Positions 13,031 through 25,728 of a stretch of DNA of 64,000 nt are shown here, piece after piece. Source of the stretch: Heptranchias perlo (lineage: Eukaryota); assembly GCF_035084215.1 (NCBI RefSeq), contig NC_090348.1, positions 34,162,001-34,226,000 of the forward strand, read 5' to 3'. How positions within the stretch are numbered: position 1 is the stretch's first letter; each line of letters begins with the position of its first letter. The notes under the pieces are model-generated. The model ran no database searches. It was not told the DNA's origin and worked only from the letters and a program-made list of their open reading frames with translations. Position numbers and translations under genes: made by a program.

Positions 13031-15546
13031 AACATAGAAATAAGTAAACAAGTTTCTTTTTCCCCCCCCCCCTTTCCATTTCATTTGTCAACCTGTTACT
13101 CCTGCGCCATTTCCCAGGTGGACGGCAGGTATACAAGTGGCACAAGATCAGGACAGTGACATACCCACATTTGTTTCACTTCCCTTCCTCCCCAAAAAAT
13201 GGATGGCAACTCACTGAATGGGGAATTGTAGCTGCATACTCATGTTATGCCGACGGGAGCTGCACTAGAACACCAATATGTGATTTTTGAATTTTATAAA
13301 ATAATAAAATCACTAAACCTAATTTCCAAATTTATCATGTCAATATATCCAGTCACTTAGTAACTAATACCATTTTAAACCCAAGAGTGAGGTACACCAT
13401 ACAATCCATTGAATTACGTAGGTCAAAGAGATTAATAAATAGAAGTGAGATGCAACCTGCTCACCAAATATTGCACTTTAAAAAGTACATACAATCTGCT
13501 GTCCATGACTATGAGAGACAGCATTCACCTCTCGTCATGGTTACATAACAGCCAGCTAACAGCCCAAAATGAACTTCTATATACAGGCCCATCAATAACA
13601 AAGCTTGTGAAAACTTCTTGTGCTGTCATATTAGGCTGTTGTCTACAAGTACCCAGTATGCCCTCAGTCAATGACATTCTGCATAATAAAACAACTGGAA
13701 TCCACAGATCTGATGGGAACAGAGATATATCTGGGTCTCAAAATGCCAGCAGTCTCCACTTAGAACGTAAAACTCCAGAGCCAGATTCCTCCCTCTTTTG
13801 TGGGTGTCAGGATACCAATAGGCTAGACTGCAGCAGCAGTGCCACATAAAGTAACAGGGATCAATGGCAGCACGGAGTTCAAGCATTTCAGATTGAGTGC
13901 TGTTTTCCCAGGACCAATTTAGACATCGTACAAAGTGCCCAAATTAAATACAGCTCGAATGTACAGCAGCAATTATTGCCCATTTTATGTTGTACAATTT
14001 ATTGGGAGTATTTACCATATTTTTTTTTTTAAAGTGATGCTTTTACTTCATCAATTTTAGGATTAGTATTGAAGGCATGCATACTTTTGTTTTAAAAAAA
14101 TAATAGATAGCCACTGTTCCCAGAGTCAAGTGCCCTAGACACATTGCGTACTTCTCTGCATTCAAACATGGTAATGACAATCATATAAATTTCAGTATAG
14201 AAGGAGACCATTCAGCACACCGCTCCTCCAATACTGATCTACCTTTACTACTGTGCTGTACACTCTAATCCCATTTCCGACTTTTAACATATACATAAAC
14301 CCCTCTTAAAATGTCAGGACTGACTCAGGTACAACCAGTTGTGGCAATACATTCTATATTCTAAACCAATTTTATGACAAAAAACTTCTAACCTCCCCTT
14401 TCATGCTTCAAGTACTAACCTTAAAACGTTTTATTTCCTGGTTACCAATTCACTAGCCAGTGGAAATAATCTTTCACTACTGACCCAGTCAAAATTATAC
14501 TTCTCTTTCCCCCACTCCACAAGCTTCTCCGCAAATGTGTTAGGATTAGCAACATGACAACACGGCAGCACAATTTACATAAAAGGCTAAAGTAGGGATA
14601 TCCAAGCTTTTGTCTTGGGAGAGTTCCATTGGTGCATACCATGGATCCTCACGAGCCCCACAAAGTTTAAATCCACGCTCCCATTAATATGCACAATTAA
14701 TAGCTGATACAAACAGATCGTATGTTCTGATTAGGTACTTATCCACCAACAAGACAATGGCACCAAGAACCCCCCTTTCCAAACCTCCAGATCCACAAAG
14801 TTCAAACAAACCAGCAAATAGGAAGTACAAATGCAAGTAGGAGAGTTACTTGGGCTTCAAGACCTGGATTTTCAGGGCTCGGAGGCTGCATATGTCTCCA
14901 AGTGTGCAAGTTGGAATCCTGTATAAAGGACGTTATCAGTGAAAGCCACCTTGGTTCTTATGTCTATCTCCACCTACTTATTTCTCTTCTCCCCTCTCCA
15001 GCGAACTGCTTGGCAACACATCAAAAACAGAGGTTTGAAAACAAACTGAAGATGCAAACCTCAATCCTTTTTCTCTCTTTTGATATAAATATTTATTTTT
15101 AAATACTGACATTATTGGTACTGGCTCAAAAGAGACACTGAAAACAGTTAGGAACCTGAAACATCAGAGTTAGTCATAAACCCAAGGATGATTCAGCATG
15201 AACTAAATGTTGAATCAGTCCCCCTTAATGTTAGATGCAGTACTCCCAAATGAGAGAAACAAAAAAAACATGGTGGTTATTTATAATCCTTTGTAACGGA
15301 CTTTTAAAAGGCTTTCAATTCTCCCTCTTGAATCAACTTTGCAGAGTCCAAAGTCAACTGCTGGAAATCTTTCCAATAAAGTTAGAAGCTTTCAACTTTT
15401 TCTGATGCAAACCCAAGATTATGTTACCTGGATTTTATGCAAGGTTTTTTTTAAAAAAAGACAATAGCAAAATATTACTTTTGGAAGTAACATATCACTG
15501 CAATGATAAATAAAGGCCTAGACACCAGAAGAACATCCTGCTCTAA

Positions 15547-16410
15547 GAACATAAGATGTAGGAGGAGTAGGCCATACAGCCCCTCGAGCCTGCTCTGCCA
15601 TTCAATAAGATCATGGCTGACCTTCGTCCTCAACTGCATGTTTCTGCCCGATCCCCATATCCCTTGATTCCCTTAGAGTCCAAAAATCTATTGATCTCAG
15701 TCTTGAATATATTCAACGACTGAGTATCCATAGCCCTGTGGGGTAGAGAATTCCAAATATTCACAACCCTCAGTGAAGAAATTCCTCCTCATCTCAGTCC
15801 TAAATGTCCAACCCCTTATCCTGAGACTATGTCCACTAGTTTTAGACTCTCCAGCCAGGGGAAAACAACCTCTCAGCATCTACTCTGTCAAGCCCTCTCA
15901 GAATCTTATATGTTTCAATGAGATCACCTCTCATTCATCTAAACTCCAGAGAGTATAGGACCAATCTACACAATCTTTTCTCATAGGACAACCCTCTCAT
16001 CCCAAGAATCAATCTAGTGAACCTTTGTTGCACCACCTCAAAGGCAAGTATACCTTCCTTAGGAAAGACCACCAAAACTGCACACCAGGTATGGTCTCAC
16101 CAAAGCCCTGTACAATTGCAGCAAGACTTCCTTACTCTTGTACTCCAATCCCCTTGCAATAAAGGCCAACATACTATTTGCCTTCCTAATTGCTTGCTGT
16201 ATCTGCATGTTAACTTTCTGTGTTTAGTGTACAAGGACACCTAAATCCCTCCGAACAACAACATTTAATAGTTTCTCACCATTTAAAAAATATTGTTTTT
16301 CCTACCAAAAAAAGTGAATAACCTCCCCACATTATACTCCATCTGCCATCTTTTTACCCACTCACTTAACCTATCAATATCCCTTTGCAGACTCTGTGTC
16401 CTCCTTAAAT
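15547..16410 (-). mobile_element. CR1 LINE 3' fragment
   Basis: Same family as 4901-6640 (aagaacataag...gagcctgctctgccattcaat...atcatggctga). Confidence 0.85.
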
Positions 16411-16639
16411 AATTCTTCAATTAATGCCATGGGATCTTTAACATCCACCTGAACCAGTAGACAGGCTGGTGGCTTCATGTCTTATCCAAAAAAAAGTTTT
16501 TACTGCCAGGTTACAGATCACGGCACAAGTTTACTTTGGGTTTTAGAGACTTCCTTACTCATTTTACTCTAGCAGAGAAAAGATATATATTTACTCATGT
16601 ATTCAAGTTTCATCACTTAATTATCTTTGCTTAAAACCT

Positions 16640-18003
16640 TGGATACAAAGATCCTCCAGCTAACATTGGGAAGACCGAAGCCATTGTCTTTAGCCCCCGC
16701 CACAAATTCCATACCCTTGCCACTGACAGATTCAATCTCCCTCCCCAGCCAGCGTCTCAGGCTGAACCAGACTATTCATAACCCCAGTGTCCTATTTATC
16801 CTGAGCTTTCAAACCCACATCCTTTCCATCAAAGACTGCCTAAGTCGATCTCCATAACATCACCTCTGCCCCTATCTCAACCTATTTCCCACCAAAACCC
16901 TTATCCATGCCGTTGTCAACTCCAGACTCAATTATTATAATGGCAAGTAACATTCACGCCAGACAAGCGCCAGGCAATGACCATCTCCAACAAGAGAGAA
17001 TCTAACCACCTCCCCTTGACATTCAACAGCATTACCATTGCCAACCCCCCCACCATCAACATTCTGGGGGTCACCATTGACCGGAAACTTAACTGGACCA
17101 GCCATATAAATACTGTGGCTACAAAAGCAGATCAGAGGCTGGGTATTCTGCGGCGAGTTACTCACCTCCTGACTCCCCAAAGCCTTTCCACCATCTACAA
17201 GGCACAAGTCAGAAGTGTGATGGAATACTCTCCACTTGCCTGGATGAGTGCAGTTCCAACAACACTCAAGAAGCTCAACACCATCCAGGACAAAACAGCC
17301 CGCTTGATTGGCACCCCATCCACCACCAGCGCACCGTGGCTGCAGTGTGTACCATCTACTGTATGCACTGCAGCAACTCGCCAAGGCTTCCTCGACAGCA
17401 CCTCCCAAACTCGCGACCTCTACCACCTAGAAGGACAAGGGCAGCAGGCACATGGGAACAACACCACCTGCACGTTCCCCTCCAAGTCACACACCATCCC
17501 GACTTGGAAATATATCGCTGTTCCTTCATCGTCGCTGGATCAAAATCCTGGAACTCCCTGCCTATCAGCACTGTGGGAGAACCTTCACCACACGGACTGC
17601 AGCGGTTCAAGAAGGCGGCTCACCACCACCTTCTCAAGGGCAATAAATGCTGGCATTGCCAGCGACACTCACATCCCATGAACAAATAAACCAATGCCCT
17701 GGCCAGCCTCTCATTCTCCACCTTCTGTAAACTTCAACTTCCAAAACTTTGCTGCCTGTATCTGATTCTGCACCGGGTGCAGCCTTTCCATCACCCCTGT
17801 CCACCTACATTGGCTTCCAGTCCTCCAACGTCTCAAATTACAATTCTCATCCTCATGTTAGAATTGTCCCATTTCTAACCTCCAACACCAAGCTGTTGGT
17901 ATCCCTCTGAATGGTATCCTCCTTTGACTTGGCATCTATTTTTCTGTGAAGCACGTTGGGAATTTTTGTCTACATTAAAAGGTGCAATATAAATGCAAGT
18001 TGT
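16640..18003 (+). mobile_element. L2 fragment interrupted by a second LINE 3' fragment (16937-17690)
   Basis: L2 sequence breaks at ...caattatt and resumes at ccaatgccct; the insert encodes ILGVTIDRKLNWTSHI...YKAQVRSVMEYS (post-RT region) and ends in aacaaataaa. Confidence 0.8.
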
Positions 18004-18499
18004 GTGGTACCTTTGAAAGGCATGACCTACTGGATGCAATACTTTTAAATATAAAGATACACACACGCAACAACGGCCTGCGGGACACTTAACCGTGGCA
18101 ACACACTAAGTTTTAAACATAATTATGTGTGACTTTGAATTAATCTTTTAAATACAAATTTTTGCACGATACTACTTGTCTACGCAGCAACTGCAAGGCC
18201 TCCACTCCACCTTCCCCAGAGGGCATTATTAGTCATAATTTTACGATTAAGACCTAACATAAAAGCAAATCGCTCAACACATTCTTCACAAACTATATTT
18301 TCATCACAGCGCATTTTTTTTTAAAAGTCGGAACAAAGCAACCAGAAGAATTACTCAGTGCTTTAAAACTGAAACTAAAAAAAAGTTACTTCAGTACAAC
18401 GTACCCACAAACCAATGTGTAGATTAAAAATACGTTTAAAAAGAATAAACTGATCATTTCGTGTAGGTTTTAAGCTTAGTTACTAACCTTCGCCCCCTC

Positions 18500-18930
18500 C
18501 CCTAAGAAAAAATAAAGGTAAGTTGAAACAGGAACCGCAGGAGGTTAGATCCTGCATTGCCTGAGCCGCTGACGGTTCGTTTTAAAAGACTGGATATTCC
18601 GTTTAAATCGCGCCTAAACCGGGGACCCCGGAACGCGCGAGCCCTTGTGCGGGCGAATCCCGGAGCACGCGCCACAGTGACAGCACCATCGGCGGCTGCA
18701 AACCCCGAGCAAAAATCACATACAGGCATTTAAAAATATACATATATATATAAACCGCTCCTCTCCTCTACTACCACCACCCCCACTCCCAAATAGCGAC
18801 AGATACTTACTGCCTCGGGTTTCAGCCATCTTGGACTTTCCATTCAAACATGGTGGCGCGTAAAGACGCTGCATTAAACAAAAACTCCTCCCCCCCCCCC
18901 CCTTAAAGCGGCAGGGATATTCGAACAAAG
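18500..18930 (-). promoter_or_regulatory. CpG-rich promoter/first-exon region of SUV39H2
   Basis: Local CpG/GC enrichment (e.g. ggaacgcgcgagc, gcacgcgcc) against a CpG-poor background; surrounds the start codon. Confidence 0.7.
18811..18829 (-). CDS. SUV39H2: SUV39H2 coding exon 1 (MAETRG + 1 nt)
   Basis: aagATGG in good Kozak context, GTAAGT donor, phase 1 joins exon 2 in frame; lies in a CpG-rich patch. Confidence 0.88.
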
Positions 18931-19294
18931 ACTTCCAACAACAAAAAAGGCTTAAGGAGGCACTCGAGCCTGCTGTTAAAGGTATAACGTTGCATTATCC
19001 GCATGCCTGGGTTATTTGCAGTCGAAGTTCTTTTGTGTATGGGGAACGCTGCAGTGCATTCGCATCCCGTGCAAATGGATGGTTGCTGTAATCTGTTTTC
19101 ATCCCATGCAGTGCTTAACGTGCATCTCCTACTAAATTGGTAAACTTGAAATCACAAAAAAAAAGTGCAAAATATAAAACAGAAGCAGAAAATGTTGAAA
19201 AGGCAGGTTAACGTTTCAGGTGTAAACTCTTGGTCAAAATTTGCTTATCTTCCCAGTTTTCATTGCAAAGATAGGGTCTGTGTCCAAAACATTA

Positions 19295-19510
19295 TGTGGA
19301 GATGCCGGTGATGGACTGGGGTTGACAATTGTAAACAATTTTACAACACCAACTTATAGTCCAACAATTTTATTTTAAAATCCACAAGCTTTCGGAGGCT
19401 TCCTCCTTCCTCAGGTGAATGTTCACCCCACCCGGAAGCCTCCGAAAGCTTGTGGATTTTAAAATACAATTGTTGGACTATAACTTGGTGTTGTAAAATT
19501 GTTTACAATT
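19295..19510. mobile_element. Palindromic Penelope-like non-autonomous element (family A) with 12-bp TSD
   Basis: 77-bp inverted arms at 19327-19403 and 19434-19510 (2 mismatches); TCCAAAACATTA duplicated at 19283-19294 and 19511-19522. Confidence 0.8.
19381..19419 (-). ncRNA. Minimal type-I hammerhead ribozyme motif
   Basis: UUCAC-CUGAGGA-A-GGAGG(AAG)CCUCC-GAAA-GC-UU-GUGGA; stems I and II pair. Confidence 0.72.
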
Positions 19511-19992
19511 TCCAAAACATTAGCTAGCCCTTTCTCTTTTTAGTTGCCCACCGACTTGCTGTGTGTTTCAAACATTTTCTATTTTTGTTACAAAAAGTGC
19601 ATGCAGCTTCTCTTTACAGGCACATTATGCAGTCTTAAAATCACAGCAAGTTAGCTTCTATTTATATTATTGGAAAGTAACATTTATATGTGTTTGTTTT
19701 CCCTTCAGTTTCTTTCCTTCAAGTAATGTTACAGTTCCACGGGCAGGCTTCTGATACCTTGGTCCTATAGTCGTTTTTCAAGTGTGAGCGATGTTGTGTG
19801 TTGCAGGATGTTTGACTATGGGGACATCACAGACGGGCCCGATAGACGTACTTCTAACAGTAATTTTCTTCTTCAAATAATTTTTTTAACAATTGATTAC
19901 AGTGACTCTCAATTGATATGCGTTTTATAATATAGGGTCTCAAAGAATATGCTTAATCCCGTATTTCAAGGTTACTTTATTCATAACATTAA

Positions 19993-20050
19993 AAACATAA
20001 AATGCTGGAAATACTCAGAGGGTCAGGCAGCATCTGTGGAGAGAGAAACT
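19993..20050 (-). repeat. Fragment of the family-B hammerhead-associated repeat
   Basis: aaaatgctggaaatactcag...gcagcatctgtggagagagaaac is the reverse complement of 52918-52975. Confidence 0.7.
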
Positions 20051-20654
20051 ATTACGTTATTCATAGTTTAGTATATATTATTTTAAATATTTTTTTGAAA
20101 AAAAGGATTAGCACTTCATTTATTACTTTCTTCAAAACCCCAGATACTATCATATTGTTTCATTGCTCGCAAAAAAATAATACGTTATTATTTCTCTGCA
20201 CACATACTGAAATAAAGCCCATTATCATCATTTGAATTGTGTGGTGCAACAGCACATTAGTTTAAATAATGTGATGTGCCCTGATGCACTGTGACTGTCT
20301 AATCCTTTGAAAGGAAGAGAGAAAAAGGAAGAGCAAAAAGAAATAAGCAGTGAAGGAGGAGACAGAAAGAGAAGAAAGTGAGGGAGGAGAGATTGGTAAA
20401 GAGAGAGACAAAAGTGAGCGAGAGCAAGAGAGAAATAGTGCAACCTCATTCCTATCAGTGTCCTTCGCTGCAGAGGTGTGAAGGACTTGTGGTGGGGCCC
20501 AGCTTGAAAAAGTTGTGGGATTTATTGTCATGAATAACAATTGACTTGAGCCAGCCTTGGGCCAAGAAGTGTGGATGGGGAATTCTGTGAATGGGTTATG
20601 CATATGCGTGGGCCTCAATGTCCCTAACATAATTTTGTTTGTAGTTACATTTAT

Positions 20655-20920
20655 GATTATTGCCCTCAGTGTCCTGAGTCAGAATGGGAGAAATTGGCCA
20701 GGTTCCTGCTCCTGATTGCTATCGAGTGACTTCTGCTGGAAATTTTCATGTGCGTGCATCGGGTAAGGACAGGGTTGAGCTCAGCTGTGTTACCTCCCTG
20801 AGGTCAAATAGCCTGCCAACATTTTCTGCCTGGACAAGACATCAGAGGGTAATCAGTACCAATGGAACAGTCATCTAAGAGTCAATATCTTCAGGATAGG
20901 AGGGGAGCAAATTGGTAGAA
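20655..20920 (+). mobile_element. Diverged SINE-like family C copy
   Basis: ggttcctgctcctgattgctatc...ctgctggaaa...aggacagg...aaatagcctgccaaca, shared with the 30.5, 31.2, 35.8, 37.9 and 51.1 kb copies. Confidence 0.65.
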
Positions 20921-21840
20921 ACAAAAGGAAAAGCAAAAACAAATGGTTAACATAAGAACATAATAAATAGGAGCAGGAGCAGGAGTAGGTCATACGGCCC
21001 CTCGAGCCTGCTCCGCCATTCAATAAGATCATGGCTGATCTTTCAGGTTGAGGAATAGTTACAATAGGAGGGCAGAAGAGAGAGTGGATATGTATCTAGA
21101 GCCTTAAGCACAGTGCATAAATTAAAAGATGTAGGGAGGTAACACTACTAGGTGTTAGATTTTTTTCTATCTACATTTCTGTATATAGTATGTGCACTGT
21201 TACAGTATGGATAGTTTATTTTGTGAGCTTATTATTTTAATTGTGACCTGTATTTTATGAAAAAAATTAATAAAATGACTATTTCAAATGAACAACGAGA
21301 TTTGATCACAGAAGCATGCCATCTTCTGCTGTTTTACTAGGACACCTTTCTCTGGCAATTATTCAACCCTGGCTTGTTGCTCTCAATGGATAACATTATC
21401 TTACTTTATCTTCAGCAAGGCAAAAATAATCACGCCAAGTGGAATATTTTATCATCTCAGTCTATACCTATACCTTTTATCCTCCAGTCTAATTTCCAAC
21501 CAGATATTTATCCCAATCTTTTTTTAAAGAATTAATTGGGACTGCATCAACTGCTTTTGTCAGAATCTGTTCCACGCATCTACTACTCCGTGGAGAAAAA
21601 CCTTTCTTCCAGTCTCTAATCTTGCTTGATGCTTGTTTATTTTAAACCAAATGGCTTTTAATTCTGTGCTTGTAGTCTGAATCAAATAGCCTATTTACAT
21701 AAACATCACCAGTGGCAGCATTTTAAGACCTTGACATTAATCTCTTCGATCGCCTTTTCTCCAGTGAAAACGAGTCCCGCTCTGTGAGTTAGAAGCTTAA
21801 AACCCAGATTTGTTCTTGTCTCTCTTTGAATCCTCCACAA

Positions 21841-22237
21841 GAAGAAAAAAGAAAGACTTGCAGTTATTTAGCGCCTTTCACAACCTCAGGACATCCTAAA
21901 GCACTTTACAGCCAATGAACTACTTTTGAAGCATAGTCACTGTTGTAATGTAGAGAAACGTGGCAGCCAATTTGCACACAGCAAGCTCCCACAAACAGCA
22001 ATGAAATAAATGACCAGATTATCTGTCTTTAGGTGTTGGTTGAGGGATAAATTTTGGCCAGGACACTGGGAGAACTCCCCTGCTCTTCTTTAAATAGCAC
22101 CATGGGATCTTTTATATCCACCTGAGAGGGCGAACGGGGCTTGGTTTAAGGTCTCATTTGAAAGACTCCCTCATGACTGCACTGAAGTGCCAGCCTAGAA
22201 TATATGCTAAAGTCTTTGGAGTGGGACTTTAATCCAC

Positions 22238-22268
<31 letters not shown>

Positions 22269-22286
22269 ACTGAGCCAAGGCTGACA
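21841..22286 (-). mobile_element. tRNA-derived SINE (SacSINE1-like), nested in an old CR1 fragment (about 21460-22560)
   Basis: Reverse complement begins gtcagccttggctcagtggtagcactc (A-box); full-length match to the other copies. Confidence 0.8.
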
Positions 22287-22984
22287 TCAATGTCCTTTTG
22301 AAGATAGAGCGTCCAAAATTACATACAATATTTTGCAGAATGATTTGTACAAGATTAGAATAGCTTCTTTATACTTACAGTTCAAAGTCCTCAAGATATA
22401 CCTGGTATTTGATAACAGCTTTTTATTGACTGGAAATTTTCAGTGAATGATCAATGACCAAACCCAAATCCTTTCTCTTTTCCTTTCACTATGAACGTAT
22501 ATTTGGTGCTTCCTGTTGCAACATGTATTCCTCACATTTGTTTACATTAAAATGTATAATCATAAATAGCTTAAGCTTTGCTGACAGATTTTAGCATCAC
22601 CTGAACACTTTAATTACATTATTGTCTTGTAATTACTTCCCCTGATGGGACTAGAGTGTACCATTATCTCCCCAAAGGAACTGATTTAAACAAAATAGTT
22701 TATCTAGTCATCTCTAACCCAGCTGGCACCAGCTCCCTTCTAAGCAGGTAAAGTGGCAGATACAATAGTGAGCTTATTGCATCTGTTGTTGTGTACAAGC
22801 TGCCTGGGAACAGGCTTATACGGAACATAGGTAGTGATTCACAACTGATGTTTGCCCATGCACGGAGTCCTACATTGAACATGTTAACCCTGGAGTGGGT
22901 TATTCTGCAAAACATTAATATATTTCAAAAATAATTGTTAAAAAATTATATATTTTAATTGGTAGAATACATGAACCTCTTAAG

Positions 22985-23716
22985 CTTCATGATCAGTACC
23001 CAAAGGCTATAGTGAGAGCAAATAAAGTATTAGGATGTATTGCTAGGACAATCCAATACAAAACAAAAAGCACTATAATGTCCTTGTATAAGTCCCCGGT
23101 TAGGCCTCATCTAGAATACTGTGATGATCCCCTCACATGGTGGATGATATAGATGCCCTGGAAATGGTTTGGAGGAGGTCCAGTAGACTGATATCTAGTT
23201 TAATGGCTCTTAGTTACCATAATAGGCTTAGAAAGGTGGGTCTTTTTACTTTAGAAAAGCATAGATTGTGAGATGGTTTAATTGAAGTCTTTAACATATT
23301 GGAGGGATTATATTCTGTGCATGTGGATAAGATATTTGAGTTAGATAGGTCAGGGAGAATCAGGGGACATGCACATAAGTTACATAAGCATAGAACTAGG
23401 TTAGATGTCAGGAAGTTTTTCTTTTCACAGAGGGTCATCATCCTTTGGAACAAGTTGCCGGCTCGTACAGTGAGTACAGATTCACTATAAGTGTTCAGAA
23501 GGGAGCTGGGCAAGTTCCCAGCTGTGATTAATATTGCAGGTTACAAAAGTTATATGGGGAATTGGGAAATGTATCTCCTGGTCACTGGTCTCCTGGAACT
23601 CATTTTGATCTCCTCTGGGGGGTCGGAGAGGAATTTACCAGATTTTGTTTTCCATGAATTGGCCTGGGTTTTTTGTCTCTGCGTTTTGCCTCTCCCAGGA
23701 GATTGTGTGGCCACTG

Positions 23717-23749
<33 letters not shown>

Positions 23750-23840
23750 GGAGGGAGGTGGGGGGTGGCAATGGGCAACATGTTGTTCATCGCCCATTAA
23801 TGATATGAGACAGGCTCGGTCGGCCAGCCATTTTCATAGA
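22985..23840 (+). mobile_element. CR1-like LINE 3' fragment containing (TG)n
   Basis: RIRGHAHKLHKHRTRLDVRKFFFSQRVIILWNKLP C-terminal motif; (TG)n at about 23722-23748. Confidence 0.78.
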
Positions 23841-24679
23841 TTTGTAAAGAATCTTGATGTCAACATAGTGAGGATTCAGGGAAAAGGAAAAGTTAGATGA
23901 TGGCAAATTTGGAGCTTTGGAGAAACAAAAAAGGAAAATTCAAAGGGGCATTGACCATAGTAGCATTGATAAAGTAGAGAAAGACAAGGAAGGAAGAATG
24001 GTTGCAATTGCAAGTGAAAGACCGGTTACAACCTAGTGGTGAGACAAGATGCTTTTTCTTTCTGATTGCAAGGTGTGAAAAAGAAAGAAGTTACTAGCAA
24101 TGAAAAATGGTGAGTTTCCTACCACCCTCATTGGTGAAACCACTTTTACAGTCACAAGCCTGGCAGCTGAAAGTAGTGGCATGTGAGTGTTGAAAACACA
24201 ACTACCAATGACTTGTTTTGTTATGAACTGCTGGACACATAAAACACTGCTGCAAACAAACACACTTGATGTGGTTAAAAACGGAATTACTCTGGGTTTG
24301 ACCATTCAATTAGGAGATCAGAGTAGATGAACAGAATTTCTAAATGTGATAAAAATAGAAAATCCCAGAAATACATAGCAGGTCAGTCAGCATCTGAAAA
24401 AAAGGGATAAGTTAGTGTTTTGGATGGGACAGTTCTAATCTCTCATTTGAATAGTTGCACCCACAAAATAGTTCCAGAATTATTCTGATTTTAACCATGT
24501 CATGTGTTCAGTGCTGATGAAGGGTCAAACATTAACAATTTTCCCCTTTAAACTCTCCCTAACCTACAATGATGAGTTCCAGCATTATTTTTACTTAGCA
24601 ATTAAACTACTAATTTAATTGGCCACTTCAATGATATTTGATGTTTATATACAATAAAGTAATAATACTTACATGGGAA

Positions 24680-25728
24680 ATAATACTTTAATGGTCAGCA
24701 AGTGATTTTGAGACTGGAAGGCTGCTTCCAGTGGGGTTCTGCAGGGCTCAGTACTAGGTCCTTTGCTTTTTGTGGTATCTAGTAATGATTTGGACTTGAA
24801 TGTAGGGGGCATGATCAAGAAGTTTGCAGATGATACAAAAATTGGCCGTGTGGTTGATAGTGAGGAGGAAAGCTGTTGACTGCAGGAAGATAACAATGGA
24901 CTGGTCAGGTGGGCAGAAAAGTGGCAAATGGAATTCAATTCGGAGAAGTGTGAGGTAATGCATTTGGGAAGGGCAAACAAGGCAAGGGAATACAGTATAA
25001 ATGGGAGGACACTGAGAGGTGTAGAGTAATAGAGGGAACTTGGAGTGCATGTCCACAGATCCCTGAAGGTAGATAAGGTGGTTAAGAAGGCATATGGAAT
25101 ACTTTCCTTTATTAGCCAAGGTATAGAATATACCAGGGAGCTTATGCTAGAATTGTATAAAACACTAGTTAGGCCACAGCTATGTACAGTTCTGGTCACC
25201 ACATTACAGGAAAGATGTGATTGCACTCGAGAGGGTACAGAGGAGATTTACGAGGATATTGCCAGGGCTGGAGAATTTTAGCTATGAGAAAAGATTGGAT
25301 AGGCTGGGGTTGTTTTCTTTGGAACAAAGGAGGCTGAGGGGAGATTTAGTTGAGGTGTATAAAATTATGAGGGGCCTAGATAGAGTTGATAGGGAGGACC
25401 TATTTCCCTTAGCAGAGGGGTCAGTGACCAGGGGGCATAGATTTAAAGTAATTGGTAGAAGGATTAGAGGGGAGCTGAGGAGAAATGTTTTCACCCGCAG
25501 GGGTGGTAAGGGTCTGGAACTCACTGCCTGAAATGGTGGTAGTGGCAGAAACCTTCAACGTATTTAATAAGTACTTGGATGTGCACTTGAAGTGTCGTAA
25601 CCTACAGGGCTACGGACCAAGTGCTGGAAAGAGGTATTAAGCTGGATAGCTCTTTTTCGGCCAGCACGGATATGATGGGCCAAATGGTCTCCTTCTGTGC
25701 TGTAACTTTCCATGATTCTGTGATTCTA
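24680..25728 (+). mobile_element. CR1 LINE RT/3' fragment
   Basis: cagggctcagtactaggtcc (QGSVLG), tttgcagatgatacaaaa (FADDTK), LFSLEQRRLRGDL, TRGHRFKV. Confidence 0.9.

Noticed and set aside
16935-17689. 234-aa and 163-aa ORFs as a possible nested gene in SUV39H2 intron 1
   Set aside because: LINE ORF2 C-terminal fragment and its antisense shadow
19327-19510. DNA-transposon MITE or pre-miRNA interpretation of the hairpin
   Set aside because: One-sided tail, variable truncation, a solo arm elsewhere and the hammerhead core fit a Penelope-like origin better
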